64,000 bases of DNA, taken from an uncultured Acidobacteriota bacterium. Its GTDB lineage: Bacteria; Acidobacteriota; Blastocatellia; RBC074. Positions 7,985 to 17,373 of the stretch are shown here, in pieces. Numbering within the stretch: the stretch's first letter is position 1; each line of letters starts with the position of its first letter. The notes beneath the pieces are model-generated. The model had not been told where the DNA came from and ran no database searches. It saw only the letters and a program-made list of their open reading frames with translations. Location: assembly GCA_963800895.1 (NCBI GenBank), contig CAWDDA010000015.1:152994-216993 (forward strand), written 5' to 3'. The position numbers and the translations under genes were made by a program.

Positions 7985-10717
7985 ATGTGCGCGCGACGAT
8001 CTGACAGACTCGACTTTCCTCCCTTCCACGTTCTTCCCGATGTTGATCTGCTCTACCGCGGCGACGAAATAGTTACACTGCAACCACGTGCCGTGCAGTT
8101 GCTTCGCTATCTCGCCGAGCATCACAAGCGTGCCGTCTCGAAGGCCGAGCTGCTTGCAAAGGTTTGGGACAACGCATTCACGAGCGACGCTGTGATCAAG
8201 CAGGCAATAGCGCAAGTGCGGCGAGCGCTCGGAGATGATGTCCATCACGCTCGTTACATCGAAACATTCCATTCACGCGGCTATCAGTTTATAGGCCGGG
8301 TGAGGCGGTCTGCGCCACCAGCGCCGGGCGCTGACATTCAGATGTCAGTTCCCGATCCCGATTATGATCAATTGGTCGGTCGCGAGCTGGAGTTTGATCT
8401 GCTCTGTTCCGAGTACAGGAGAACACTTGAGGCTCAGACTCAGCCATTACTCGTTACCGGTGAACCCGGCGCCGGCAAGACGCAACTCGCACGACGATTT
8501 GGAAAATGGGCCCAGGACCAGGGAGCGCTCACTCTTTACGCACGATTCTTTGACTATGGCGCCAGTCAGCTTGCGCCCTACGAGATATTCCTCGGATTGC
8601 TGCGGACAGCTCTTGAATGTACGGACCTGAGAGAGGCCGTTCGTGAGCGCGTTCGCGTCGAGCTGCCGGAAGAATTGTTTGCTGCATCTGACATATCACT
8701 TGCGGGTCGCATCAGAGCCTTTTCCGCTGATCAATCACGCGTGATCTCGCCAATTGCCCAGAGCTTTGACCGATTGAGCCTCGAGCGTCCAATCGTTTTG
8801 ATCTTTGACGATCTTCAATGGGCGGACGACGCAAGCCAGAGCTGTCTTGAATACATGATACGCACGGCGTCGACTAACCGGCTGATGATCCTCGGATTGG
8901 CCCGCTCGGTTGAGATTGCGCAAACATCAGATACATCGGCCGGCTGGTTAGAAGGCCCGGTAGCCAAAAGCAGCTTCACAGTTCTCGCGCTCAAGCCGCT
9001 CGATGAGTCCAACTGTGCGCGAGCGATTGAGGCGATATTCGGTGGACCAGCGACCGCGCCGGATGTGCCGGTTGATGATCTTAGGATGCTTCGCGACGTG
9101 ACCGGAGGTAATCCCTATTTTCTGACTGAGATGCTGCGTCTGCTTCAAGCAGAGGGTGCAATCGATCGACGTGGTGCACCTGAAGAACGCTGGCAGTGGT
9201 CTGGCATACGGGATCTTCACCTGCCGGCTACGCTTATGCTCATGTCACAAACAAAGCTCGAGCGGCTCTCGCCCGAAACCCGCGAAGTCCTTGAACACGC
9301 TGCTGTCATCGGTGATGAGTTCAGAATGGACACGATATGTTTAACGGCAGCGCGAGGCGCGACTGAGATTCAGTTTGCTATCGACGAAGGGTTGCGGAGC
9401 GGTGTGCTCTCGATTAAGGGGCTCTCGAGCGGAGAGGACTGTCGTTTCTACCACAATGTTCTCAGACGTACCCTTTACGAAAGCCTGCCGATGCGCAAGC
9501 GAAGGCGGCTGCATGCGCAGACAGCACGATCGCTACAGACTGTCTACGCTGACAAAGCAGATCGCGTCGCTGCAGCGATCAGTTCGCAGTTTGAAGCCGC
9601 CGGTGATACGAAGCAGACTTTTGAATGGGGAATGCGAGCGTGGAAAGCAGCTCGCAGCCGCTGGCAATGGCGCGAGGCAGCGGCGGCCATCGAGCGAGCC
9701 TGGCGCGCGGTGCAGGCAATGGACGCGGCAAGTGGAGAGACCATCTCTCCTCAGCAAAGGATAGATTGCCTTCTCGGTCTTGGCGAAACTTATGGTGCCA
9801 TTGGAAGAATGAAAGATTCCGAAGCTGCGCTTGTCACAGCATTGGCGCTTGCTGAAACGCTCGGCGATCGCGCAAGAACCGCGGGTTCGCTTTTGAGCTT
9901 GAGTCAGACACGTTTCGGTCGTGCTCATTATAGCGAGACGATTGCTCCGGCAGAGAGAGCACTTGAGATCTATGGCGAGATCGGTGATGAGGAAGGTGTC
10001 AGCCTTGCACTGCTTCATTTGAGCAACGCACGTGTTGCGATGGGAGACTACGGGCAGGCTGCGACTCTACTGGAAATGATGCTTCAGGTCGTCGAGCCCG
10101 ATAGTCTGGCGGCCAATATTGCCTACGGAATTCTAGGATGGGCTCGAGTGCGCGAGGGCCGGATTGCCGAAGGGATTCCATTGATCGAAAAGGCAATTGC
10201 AGCACATCGGCTCGAGCTGAATTTGAGGGAGATCTCTCGCCTGGAGCTTCGCCTGCACTGGGCATACTTTCGCCAGGGGGACTACGAAAGTGCTCTACGG
10301 CTGGCACTTCAATCGCGGTCGGGATTTTCTCAGACAGGCGACCTCCCTGGGGTTGCCAAAGCGAACATCGGGTTTGGGCAGGTGCGAATTGCTGAGGGTA
10401 TGCTTGCGGAAGGCAGACAGATTGTGGCCGCGGCGCTTCGCGAGCTGCAGAGGAGCGGCGATTCTCATAGTGAGGCTGAAGCCTTATGGATTCTCGGAAA
10501 GGCTGATGCCGCGAACCATGATGTGGAGAATGCGAGGAAGAACTTTGATCGCGCCCTTGAGCTGGTGCGCGCGATAGGGGACCGCGATGACGAGTTTCGA
10601 ATATTGCTTGATGTTGCTGCGCTTGAGTCAAAGTCCGGAAATCCTCAGGCCGGTTTGTGCACTTCCGACGAAGCCCTGAGAATTGCGCGCGAGCTCGGGA
10701 ATTCTGAAGGCATGTAG
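7985..10717 (+). CDS. Transcriptional regulator: OmpR/CadC-type winged helix + STAND/AAA ATPase + TPR array
   Basis: The N-terminal wHTH reads LLYRGDEIVTLQPRAVQLLRYL...RGYQFIG. Walker A is GEPGAGKTQL and Walker B is VLIFDDLQWAD. The C-terminal ~400 aa are TPR-like repeats. Confidence 0.75.
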   Translation: MCARRSDRLDFPPFHVLPDVDLLYRGDEIVTLQPRAVQLLRYLAEHHKRAVSKAELLAKVWDNAFTSDAVIKQAIAQVRRALGDDVHHARYIETFHSRGYQFIGRVRRSAPPAPGADIQMSVPDPDYDQLVGRELEFDLLCSEYRRTLEAQTQPLLVTGEPGAGKTQLARRFGKWAQDQGALTLYARFFDYGASQLAPYEIFLGLLRTALECTDLREAVRERVRVELPEELFAASDISLAGRIRAFSADQSRVISPIAQSFDRLSLERPIVLIFDDLQWADDASQSCLEYMIRTASTNRLMILGLARSVEIAQTSDTSAGWLEGPVAKSSFTVLALKPLDESNCARAIEAIFGGPATAPDVPVDDLRMLRDVTGGNPYFLTEMLRLLQAEGAIDRRGAPEERWQWSGIRDLHLPATLMLMSQTKLERLSPETREVLEHAAVIGDEFRMDTICLTAARGATEIQFAIDEGLRSGVLSIKGLSSGEDCRFYHNVLRRTLYESLPMRKRRRLHAQTARSLQTVYADKADRVAAAISSQFEAAGDTKQTFEWGMRAWKAARSRWQWREAAAAIERAWRAVQAMDAASGETISPQQRIDCLLGLGETYGAIGRMKDSEAALVTALALAETLGDRARTAGSLLSLSQTRFGRAHYSETIAPAERALEIYGEIGDEEGVSLALLHLSNARVAMGDYGQAATLLEMMLQVVEPDSLAANIAYGILGWARVREGRIAEGIPLIEKAIAAHRLELNLREISRLELRLHWAYFRQGDYESALRLALQSRSGFSQTGDLPGVAKANIGFGQVRIAEGMLAEGRQIVAAALRELQRSGDSHSEAEALWILGKADAANHDVENARKNFDRALELVRAIGDRDDEFRILLDVAALESKSGNPQAGLCTSDEALRIARELGNSEGM

Positions 10718-10814
10718 TACCCACCTGGCATGTCGCTACCGGCGTTTAGCCGGAATCGTTACATTCGAGGTATTAGAATGCAACGATTCCGGCTAAAGGC
10801 CGGTACAACATGCC
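10709..10814. repeat. Family-D hairpin-of-hairpins palindrome (contains the stop codon of the upstream gene)
   Basis: GGCATGTAGTAC (10709-10720) encodes the last codons G-M-stop of the regulator. The arms are GGCATGTCGCTACCGGCGTTTAGCCGGAATCGTT (10727-10760) and AACGATTCCGGCTAAAGGCCGGTACAACATGCC (10782-10814). Confidence 0.9.
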
Positions 10815-11220
10815 TGCTTACCAAATCATAACCAATCGGTCATGACCTCGGGACCCGCGTCCCATTAGAATCCGCTCGTACGTACACTCCGGAGCCACCG
10901 GAGACTCAGCCGAAAGCTGCCCACCGTGGACGCATCCCCGTCCACGACAAACAGAAAGGACCTGTCCATGTCCGAAGTATCGGACCTCATATATAGCCCT
11001 GCTTACTCTCGCCCTGGCGGGAGCTATCTCCTACTGGCCCGGCCCTGTTCGTTCTACAGCGGCTCAGGAAAATGCAAGAATCAGCCAGCAGGCTCTCCGT
11101 CAGATTGAAGCGCTCAATCAGGAAAAGGAGTCACGATCACCTGCGCAACAGAAGATCGATTCTCAATTTCTCTACGCCCTCAAACGCAATCGCCCGGAGT
11201 ATGCGGCCGCATTCAGGACG

Positions 11221-12489
11221 ATGGTGTCTGCAGCCGCAATCGATGCAAATGGCAGTGTGCTCGTTGATATCTCCGCCAATGTGACACCAGAGCTGCTCGC
11301 GAGCATCAAGACTCTCGGGGGCGAAGTCCTCAGCTCATACGAAGAATTCAAGGCCATACAGGCGCGAGTGCCTCTCGAAAGTCTCGAAGCCATCGCGGAA
11401 TCGGAAGACGTTAAATGGATCGGGGCGGCAGATCAGGCGATGACCAATAGGGAAGTCCCGAGCGGCAAACCTCGTCCGCGCGGGTCGCGCGAAGAGCGGC
11501 TTTCGCGAGTCCGAGAGCAGTTACTGAAAGTGCTCCCGGCAGCCGCAGGCAGTTCGTCGGCGAGCTCAGCTTTCATAGGAGTCGCGAACTCTGAAGGTGA
11601 CGTGGCTCATAAAGCAGACCTGGTACGAAACGTCGGATTCAACGGTAACGGCATCAGGATCGGTGTCATATCGGACAGCTACAACAATAATGGTGGTGCA
11701 GCGGCAGATGTTACGAATGGCGACTTGCCCGGCGCGGGCAATCCCTTTGGCAATACGACCGCTGTGACGGTTGTGCAGGACCTCGGAAGTAATGGAACTG
11801 ACGAAGGCCGCGCAATGTTGCATCTGGTTCACGATCTTGCGCCTGCTGCGCAATTGTTTTTTGCGACGGGCTCAGTGTCTCAGGCGGGGATGGCCGCCAA
11901 CATTATCGCCCTCAGAAACACAAACAACTGCCAGATCATCGTCGATGACCTTACTTACTTTTCTGAAGGCGTTTTTCAGGACGACGTCATTGCGCAGGCC
12001 GTAAATACCGTCACCGCGGCCGGAGCGCTCTACTTCTCCTCGGCCGGCAATTCGGGAAATCTCAACGACGGAACCGCGGGTGTCTGGGAAGGCGACTTCA
12101 ATGACGGTGGCGCGATGGCGCTGATACCTGGCGGTACGGTCCATGATTTTGGCGGAGGCGCGCTCAGTAACCTCATAAACCAGACAGGTGGCGGAGTGCG
12201 ACCTATCACTCTCAAATGGTCGGACCCGCTGGGAGCATCGAACAATGACTACGATCTCTACATTTTGAACGGAGCGCTGAATGCCATCATCGCATCCTCA
12301 ACGAACACGCAGAATGGCTCGCAGAATCCAATTGAATCCATTGCCAACAATGCAATGACGCCGGTCTTCAATGCCGGCAATCGAATTGTCATCTTGCGGA
12401 GGACGGGAGAAGCGCAGCGAGCGCTCCACCTGAACAGCAATCGTGGGCGACTGGCGATAGCGAACGTCAGGTATTACGTTTGGACATAA
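11221..12489 (+). CDS. Subtilisin-like S8 serine peptidase, N-terminal fragment (propeptide, Asp and His catalytic regions)
   Basis: The Asp region is GIRIGVISDS, the His region is GTDEGRAMLHLVHDLAP, and SSAGNSGN follows. The reading frame stays open upstream to about 10975 with a signal-peptide-like YIALLTLALAGAISYW. The likely ATG at 10968 is one base out of frame. Confidence 0.75.
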   Translation: MVSAAAIDANGSVLVDISANVTPELLASIKTLGGEVLSSYEEFKAIQARVPLESLEAIAESEDVKWIGAADQAMTNREVPSGKPRPRGSREERLSRVREQLLKVLPAAAGSSSASSAFIGVANSEGDVAHKADLVRNVGFNGNGIRIGVISDSYNNNGGAAADVTNGDLPGAGNPFGNTTAVTVVQDLGSNGTDEGRAMLHLVHDLAPAAQLFFATGSVSQAGMAANIIALRNTNNCQIIVDDLTYFSEGVFQDDVIAQAVNTVTAAGALYFSSAGNSGNLNDGTAGVWEGDFNDGGAMALIPGGTVHDFGGGALSNLINQTGGGVRPITLKWSDPLGASNNDYDLYILNGALNAIIASSTNTQNGSQNPIESIANNAMTPVFNAGNRIVILRRTGEAQRALHLNSNRGRLAIANVRYYVWT

Positions 12490-12493
12490 CGCA

Positions 12494-13963
12494 GTGGGCT
12501 CAGGCTTCTGTGTGGCAGCAGTAGACGTAGCAACCGCTGGCGGCGGAGTCTTCACTGGAGGCGCAGCAAATCCGGTTGAAACGTTTAGTTCAGATGGACT
12601 TCGTCGAATCTTCTATACGCCGGCCGGCGTGGCGATCACTGCAGGTAATGTTCTCTTTGGAACCAACGGCGGACAGGTCTTACAGAAGCCTGACCTTGCT
12701 GCCGGGGACGGCGCGGCTACCAATGTCGGTGGGTTCCAGCCGTTCTTCGGGACATCGGCAGCGGCGCCGCACGCGGCTGCTGTCGCAGCGCTTGTCTGGT
12801 CGTCGAACGTCGGATTGACTCCCGCTCAGGTAAGGACTGCCCTCACTTCAACTGCCCTCGACATAGAGGCGGTTGGCGTGGATAGAGATTCGGGAGTCGG
12901 AATAGTTATGGCTCTCGAAGCGCTCGCGTCACTCACACCCATCGCGGACCTTCGAATTACCAAGCAGGTCGCCCCGGATCCCGTGACGACGGGAACGAAC
13001 ATGTCAATCATTCTCAACGTCACGAATCTGGGTCCGAGTATCGCGACAAACGTTGTGGTCACTGATAACCTTCCGGCGACGACAACGTTCTTTTCCTGCG
13101 TATCCACACTGGGCGGAGTTTGCGGCGGTTCAGGAAACAATAGAACCGTCACCTTTGCCTCGCTTGCGGTCAACGCGACAGCGATCGTGACAATTGGCGC
13201 GACGGCCAATTGCAATGTCAGTAACGGAACTGTGGTTCTAAACAGTGCGTCGGTCGCCGGTACCGAGCCCGATCCTGTCGCAGCAAACAACTCGTCGTCG
13301 GATTCCACAACCATCAACAATCCGCCGCCCGAAATCACCTGCCCTCCGAACATCGACACATTCACCGATCCCGGCCAGCTCTATGCGACTCTCAATCCTG
13401 GCACGCCCACGGCAACGGACGCAGGTGGATGTCCCGTCGTGGTCTCAGGTACGCGAAGCGACGGGCAACCGTTGAATGCTACCTATCCTGTCGGAACCAC
13501 GACGATTGAATGGACGGCGACCGATGCTGCCAACCAGACGGCGACCTGCATTCAGACGATCAAGGTTCGAACACTGGCTGACGTACGGGTGGTGATCGAT
13601 CCACTTATAAATCCGGCGAAGGTCAAACAGTTCCTGACCTACAGGGTTGAGATCATCAATGGAGGTCCCTCACCCGCTCTCGGTGTTCAATTGACTGACA
13701 CAATTGACATGGACCAGTTCTTTGTCTCGGTGACCGCCGGGCCGGGAGTTGGCAGCTGCAGCTTCAATCCGGTTACCCGGATAGTGAGCTGTGATATGGG
13801 GCAGATCAACCAGTTGACCGCGAAGTACGCATTGATCACGGTGAAGCCGCAGTTCAGAGGACTGACGAGTAATCAGGCTTCGGCTGCTGTTGATACCGTG
13901 CTCACACTCGATCCGAATCTGGCAAACAACACAATGACCAAGTACACCACCGTCGTACCCTGA
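12494..13963 (+). CDS. S8 serine peptidase, C-terminal fragment (catalytic Ser) with DUF11-HYR-DUF11-like tail
   Basis: The catalytic Ser region is GTSAAAPHAAAVAALVWS. DUF11-like repeats read DLRITKQVAPDPVTTG and DVRVVIDP. The HYR-like segment is PPEITCPPNIDTFTDPG...TATDAGG...YPVGTTTIEWTATDAANQ. The frame is open from 12461, so it joins the upstream fragment with a 1-nt shift. Confidence 0.75.
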   Translation: MGSGFCVAAVDVATAGGGVFTGGAANPVETFSSDGLRRIFYTPAGVAITAGNVLFGTNGGQVLQKPDLAAGDGAATNVGGFQPFFGTSAAAPHAAAVAALVWSSNVGLTPAQVRTALTSTALDIEAVGVDRDSGVGIVMALEALASLTPIADLRITKQVAPDPVTTGTNMSIILNVTNLGPSIATNVVVTDNLPATTTFFSCVSTLGGVCGGSGNNRTVTFASLAVNATAIVTIGATANCNVSNGTVVLNSASVAGTEPDPVAANNSSSDSTTINNPPPEITCPPNIDTFTDPGQLYATLNPGTPTATDAGGCPVVVSGTRSDGQPLNATYPVGTTTIEWTATDAANQTATCIQTIKVRTLADVRVVIDPLINPAKVKQFLTYRVEIINGGPSPALGVQLTDTIDMDQFFVSVTAGPGVGSCSFNPVTRIVSCDMGQINQLTAKYALITVKPQFRGLTSNQASAAVDTVLTLDPNLANNTMTKYTTVVP

Positions 13964-14013
13964 CGCCCCGCAGACTGACGTTGCGTTTTTAGATTAGAGA
14001 CGCGACAATTATT

Positions 14014-14058
14014 GGCGCGGCATTCACGAAAGAGCTCGTGAAGCCGCGCCTTTCCTTT
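14014..14058 (+). terminator. Rho-independent terminator after the S8 peptidase gene
   Basis: The stem is GGCGCGGCATTCACGA / TCGTGAAGCCGCGCC (one bulge), followed by TTTCCTTT. Confidence 0.6.
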
Positions 14059-14060
14059 GA

Positions 14061-14864
14061 ATGCGTATTAAATCCCATCCAAGAGTCATACTGGCAACTA
14101 TCAGTGCAGCCGTCCTTCTGACAGTTACAGGCATCGCGGTTGCACAGAACCAGGACGCTCGCAAGATCGTGGAGGGCGTCTATCGTCAGGATACGAGCCG
14201 GGATGCGATGTGGCGGGGAACGCTCGATGTAATAGACAAAAAAGGTACATCACGTAAAAAAGGGTTTGCCTTCAGGCGTTTTGGCAGCTTTGGCAACAGT
14301 AAGACGATTGTCCAGTTCACTGATCCGCCCGAGGTGAAGGGGGTGGGACTGCTATCGATCAACCAGCGTGGTGCGAACGAGCGGCAATGGATGTTTACAC
14401 CAGCTATTCAGCGTGTTCGACGTATCGCGCCCCAGGAGCGTGGACGACGCTTCCTCGGGACCGACTTTACCAACGAGGACATGGCTGAACGAGTGCTCGA
14501 GGATTTCGAGTACAAGTTGCTTGCTGATGGTGAAGAGATTGACGGTCGCAAGACATGGAAGGTTGAAGCAGTGCCGGTGGAGGCGGGCCGTTCCCAGTAC
14601 AAATCCGTCTATTTATGGGTCGCGAAGGACATTCCGTGCACGGTCCTCGCGGAATACTATGATGAGAGCGGGAAGCTTGCACGTAAGCTCAAGGCGGGTC
14701 AGATTGAGAAGATATCGGGGATATGGCTTGCGCGTCGCGTTGAGATGAGCACGCCGTCGGAGAACTCACGGACCATGCTCGTGATTGAGGATGTAAAATT
14801 CAATCAGGGGCTCAAAGAAGATATGTTTACCTTGCAGTCATTGGAGAAGGGTAATGTGTTTTGA
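14061..14864 (+). CDS. LolA-like outer-membrane lipoprotein-sorting protein family
   Basis: It has a signal peptide. The conserved stretch WMFTPAIQRVRRIAPQERGRRFLGTDFTNEDM is typical of the LolA_like/outer-membrane lipoprotein-sorting family. Confidence 0.7.
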   Translation: MRIKSHPRVILATISAAVLLTVTGIAVAQNQDARKIVEGVYRQDTSRDAMWRGTLDVIDKKGTSRKKGFAFRRFGSFGNSKTIVQFTDPPEVKGVGLLSINQRGANERQWMFTPAIQRVRRIAPQERGRRFLGTDFTNEDMAERVLEDFEYKLLADGEEIDGRKTWKVEAVPVEAGRSQYKSVYLWVAKDIPCTVLAEYYDESGKLARKLKAGQIEKISGIWLARRVEMSTPSENSRTMLVIEDVKFNQGLKEDMFTLQSLEKGNVF

Positions 14865-16227
14865 GGCGTTGGGGAAGAAACGATTCCGCCTGACGGCGGT
14901 ACTACATGCCCTGGTGTTGCTCGTTGTGGGAGGCACGACGTCCGCCGCACAGATCTCAACGACGCAGCCATGGCTCGAAGACACGAATGCGCAATACATT
15001 ATCTTTGCTCAGGGTACGCTGCAGGACAATGCCCGCGAATTTGCAGTGCCGGTAGAGGCGAAGACTTTTCGATTACAGTTCTGGTCGCGGATGAGCGGCG
15101 ACGTCACGTTCGAGATCATAGGTCCTGGTGGTAAGCCTCAGAGTCTGACCGAACCCAATGTCAACCCAACTGTGGGAAAAGACCGATCCTCGGTGGTCGT
15201 GTTTGATCCAAGACCAGGTCTCTGGAAGATCAGGGTACGCGGCAACGGCAGCTTTACGGCAGGTGTCACGACCCAAAGCGAACTATACGTATGTTGCCTC
15301 GGTCTGGTCAGCGCAGCAGGTCAACAGGGACAACCGCTGCCGCCACTGGTGCAGTTGAGAACACGGCTTCAGGCGATGCAGGTATCGCTTGCCGGCTTTG
15401 AGGTGAAGTCTGTTGAGTTTCATCTGGTTGATGAGAATGATCAGGTGATTCAGCCGGTCAAGATGCGCCAGAATGATTTTTCCAATCCTTACCTGATGAA
15501 TCTGCTCGTAGAGGTGCCAGCGCGTTCATTCCGCATACGCACACGCGGGATTGACCAGACGGGCTATACGTTCCAGCGAACGTTTGCGACGCTATTTCAG
15601 CCGCCGGCTGAGCCGATTGAAGGACCTCCAGCTCAGGACAAGTTTCTCGGTGAGCTTGCTCAACAGGCCGAGGCCGGTCCTTATCAGGTGGTGCGAGCCT
15701 CGGTGATCGACGTTGCCGACGAGGGGTTTCTGTCGGAGCGCGGCACGGTCATCGGATTACGTCTGAAATACTCGCTTCAATTCCCGCGCGATGGCTTCTA
15801 TTCACCAGTTCCCCAGGTCTATCCGGAGAGGATCAATTCAGGCTATACCGGAGCCCTCAGCCTGAAGACACACCGGGTGACGATTGAACCTCGGCCCGAA
15901 GGTCTCACTTCATCTGGTGATCTGCGATACATTTCGCGCGCGATGTACAGGGGTGGGCAGGTGTATCGTTTTACGATCGATCTGATCCCGAACTATGCGA
16001 TTTATCTCGAGCCTTCCCGCAGCTTTTGTATCGCCGTCAAGACATTCGCGCAGGGGACACGCGACCGGTTTTATGCAGAGGTGACCAGCGATGCGCGACT
16101 TCGGTTTCGCTATTCGATCAGCGGCACTGACTACGACGGACGACAACCCGTAACCACGGATCAGGCCTACATTCCTAATAGCTGGTATCAAGGATATCTG
16201 AGAGATGGCGCGGTGGAGTGTCAGTGA
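14854..16227 (+). CDS. Hypothetical secreted beta-rich protein
   Basis: 457 aa. The signal peptide LHALVLLVVGGTTSAAQ is partly encoded by a solo family-D half element at 14878-14910. The start overlaps the LolA-like gene by 11 nt. I recognise no domain. Confidence 0.5.
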   Translation: MCFEALGKKRFRLTAVLHALVLLVVGGTTSAAQISTTQPWLEDTNAQYIIFAQGTLQDNAREFAVPVEAKTFRLQFWSRMSGDVTFEIIGPGGKPQSLTEPNVNPTVGKDRSSVVVFDPRPGLWKIRVRGNGSFTAGVTTQSELYVCCLGLVSAAGQQGQPLPPLVQLRTRLQAMQVSLAGFEVKSVEFHLVDENDQVIQPVKMRQNDFSNPYLMNLLVEVPARSFRIRTRGIDQTGYTFQRTFATLFQPPAEPIEGPPAQDKFLGELAQQAEAGPYQVVRASVIDVADEGFLSERGTVIGLRLKYSLQFPRDGFYSPVPQVYPERINSGYTGALSLKTHRVTIEPRPEGLTSSGDLRYISRAMYRGGQVYRFTIDLIPNYAIYLEPSRSFCIAVKTFAQGTRDRFYAEVTSDARLRFRYSISGTDYDGRQPVTTDQAYIPNSWYQGYLRDGAVECQ

Positions 16228-16261
16228 GGAGGGGGTCAGTGGCCAGGGAGCGCCGGGGTCA

Positions 16262-16326
16262 TCTGAGTTCCGGCTTTAGCTTGTCGTGAGCGTTAAATGC
16301 AATACAAGCTAAAGCTCGGACTCAGA
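16262..16326. repeat. Family-A variant palindrome
   Basis: The arms are TCTGAGTTCCGGCTTTAGCTTGT (16262-16284) and ACAAGCTAAAGCTCGGACTCAGA (16304-16326). The right arm encodes the last residues and stop codon of the minus-strand dehydrogenase gene. Confidence 0.85.
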
Positions 16327-17370
16327 CCCGACCGCCGCCGCTACCCAGGCATAGTTAGGTACAAGCACTGCCTTGATGTCATTGCCCTTTGCTTCGAGCA
16401 TTCGGTGAAACGCAGTCACCCCTTCATTGAGCCTGAACGGCGTTGTCCAGCTTGTCGCGTCAATCTTTCCGTCAGCTATCAGGTCGAGAGCGATTTGAAG
16501 CTCTTCCATCGATGCAGCATAAGAGCCATGAACCTGCCTCTCTGCAAGCGTTATTTCGTGTGAGTCGATGGTTACTGAGTTCTCGTGCAAACCAATCCAG
16601 ACGGTGGCGCCGCCAGGCCGAGTCATCGCAAGGGAGAGCCGCTTGGTGATCGCTCCGCCAACAGCGTCCACAACTACATCAGCACCTTCGCCATTGGTCA
16701 GTTCGAAAACCTTCTTGACGACGTTTTCATTTCGAGGATTGATTGTTGCGCCGGCACCGAGGTTCGATGCCTGAGCAACCCGCTCAGGGATCATGTCGCA
16801 CGTGATTGCCTTCAATCCGAGCATCGCGCTGAATGCCTGCTGGCAGAACAGGCCAATGGGGCCCGCCCCAATGACCACTAATGACTCTGGCTCGAGGTGC
16901 TTCACAAGATTTACAACGTGTACGCCATTAGCTGCCGGTTCAGCCAGGCACGCTGCTTCGGCCGGCACCTTATCAGGCCAACGGATCAGGGAACGCTCCG
17001 GTGCGACGACATATTCAGCAAACCCGCCGGGCATATGCATCCCAAAGAGTTGACGCCGTGCGCACAGGTGACCACGACCGGTTCGGCATCGTACACACTC
17101 GCGGCAGCCGAAGAGCGAGTGCGAAACGACACGATCTCCTGCTTTGAAGAACGGAACGTTTGGACCCACCTCATCAATGACACCGCAGAATTCGTGACCC
17201 ATCACCAATGGTGGGACACGTCGAGGGCTTCGGCTCTTGAAGGCTTCGAGCTCGCTGCCGCAAATGCCGCACGCCGAAACACGCATTCTGACTTCACCCG
17301 AGCTCGGGCGCGGGTCCGGCCAGTCAGCCATTGTCAATTGATCGTAAGCGGGATAAAGAAGTGTCAGCAC
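16309..17370 (-). CDS. Zinc-dependent medium-chain alcohol/polyol dehydrogenase
   Basis: CGICGSE and GHEFCGVI are Zn-ligand motifs. GAGPIGL is the Rossmann motif. 353 aa. Confidence 0.85.
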   Translation of the reverse strand: MLTLLYPAYDQLTMADWPDPRPSSGEVRMRVSACGICGSELEAFKSRSPRRVPPLVMGHEFCGVIDEVGPNVPFFKAGDRVVSHSLFGCRECVRCRTGRGHLCARRQLFGMHMPGGFAEYVVAPERSLIRWPDKVPAEAACLAEPAANGVHVVNLVKHLEPESLVVIGAGPIGLFCQQAFSAMLGLKAITCDMIPERVAQASNLGAGATINPRNENVVKKVFELTNGEGADVVVDAVGGAITKRLSLAMTRPGGATVWIGLHENSVTIDSHEITLAERQVHGSYAASMEELQIALDLIADGKIDATSWTTPFRLNEGVTAFHRMLEAKGNDIKAVLVPNYAWVAAAVGSESEL

Positions 17371-17373
17371 AGT

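Noticed and set aside
7985-10717. The STAND ATPase + TPR protein as an Avs/NLR-like antiphage defence gene
   Set aside because: The N-terminal module is an OmpR/CadC-type winged-helix DNA-binding domain rather than a nuclease, protease or TIR effector. The architecture matches AfsR/MalT-like transcription regulators, and no other defence genes are adjacent.
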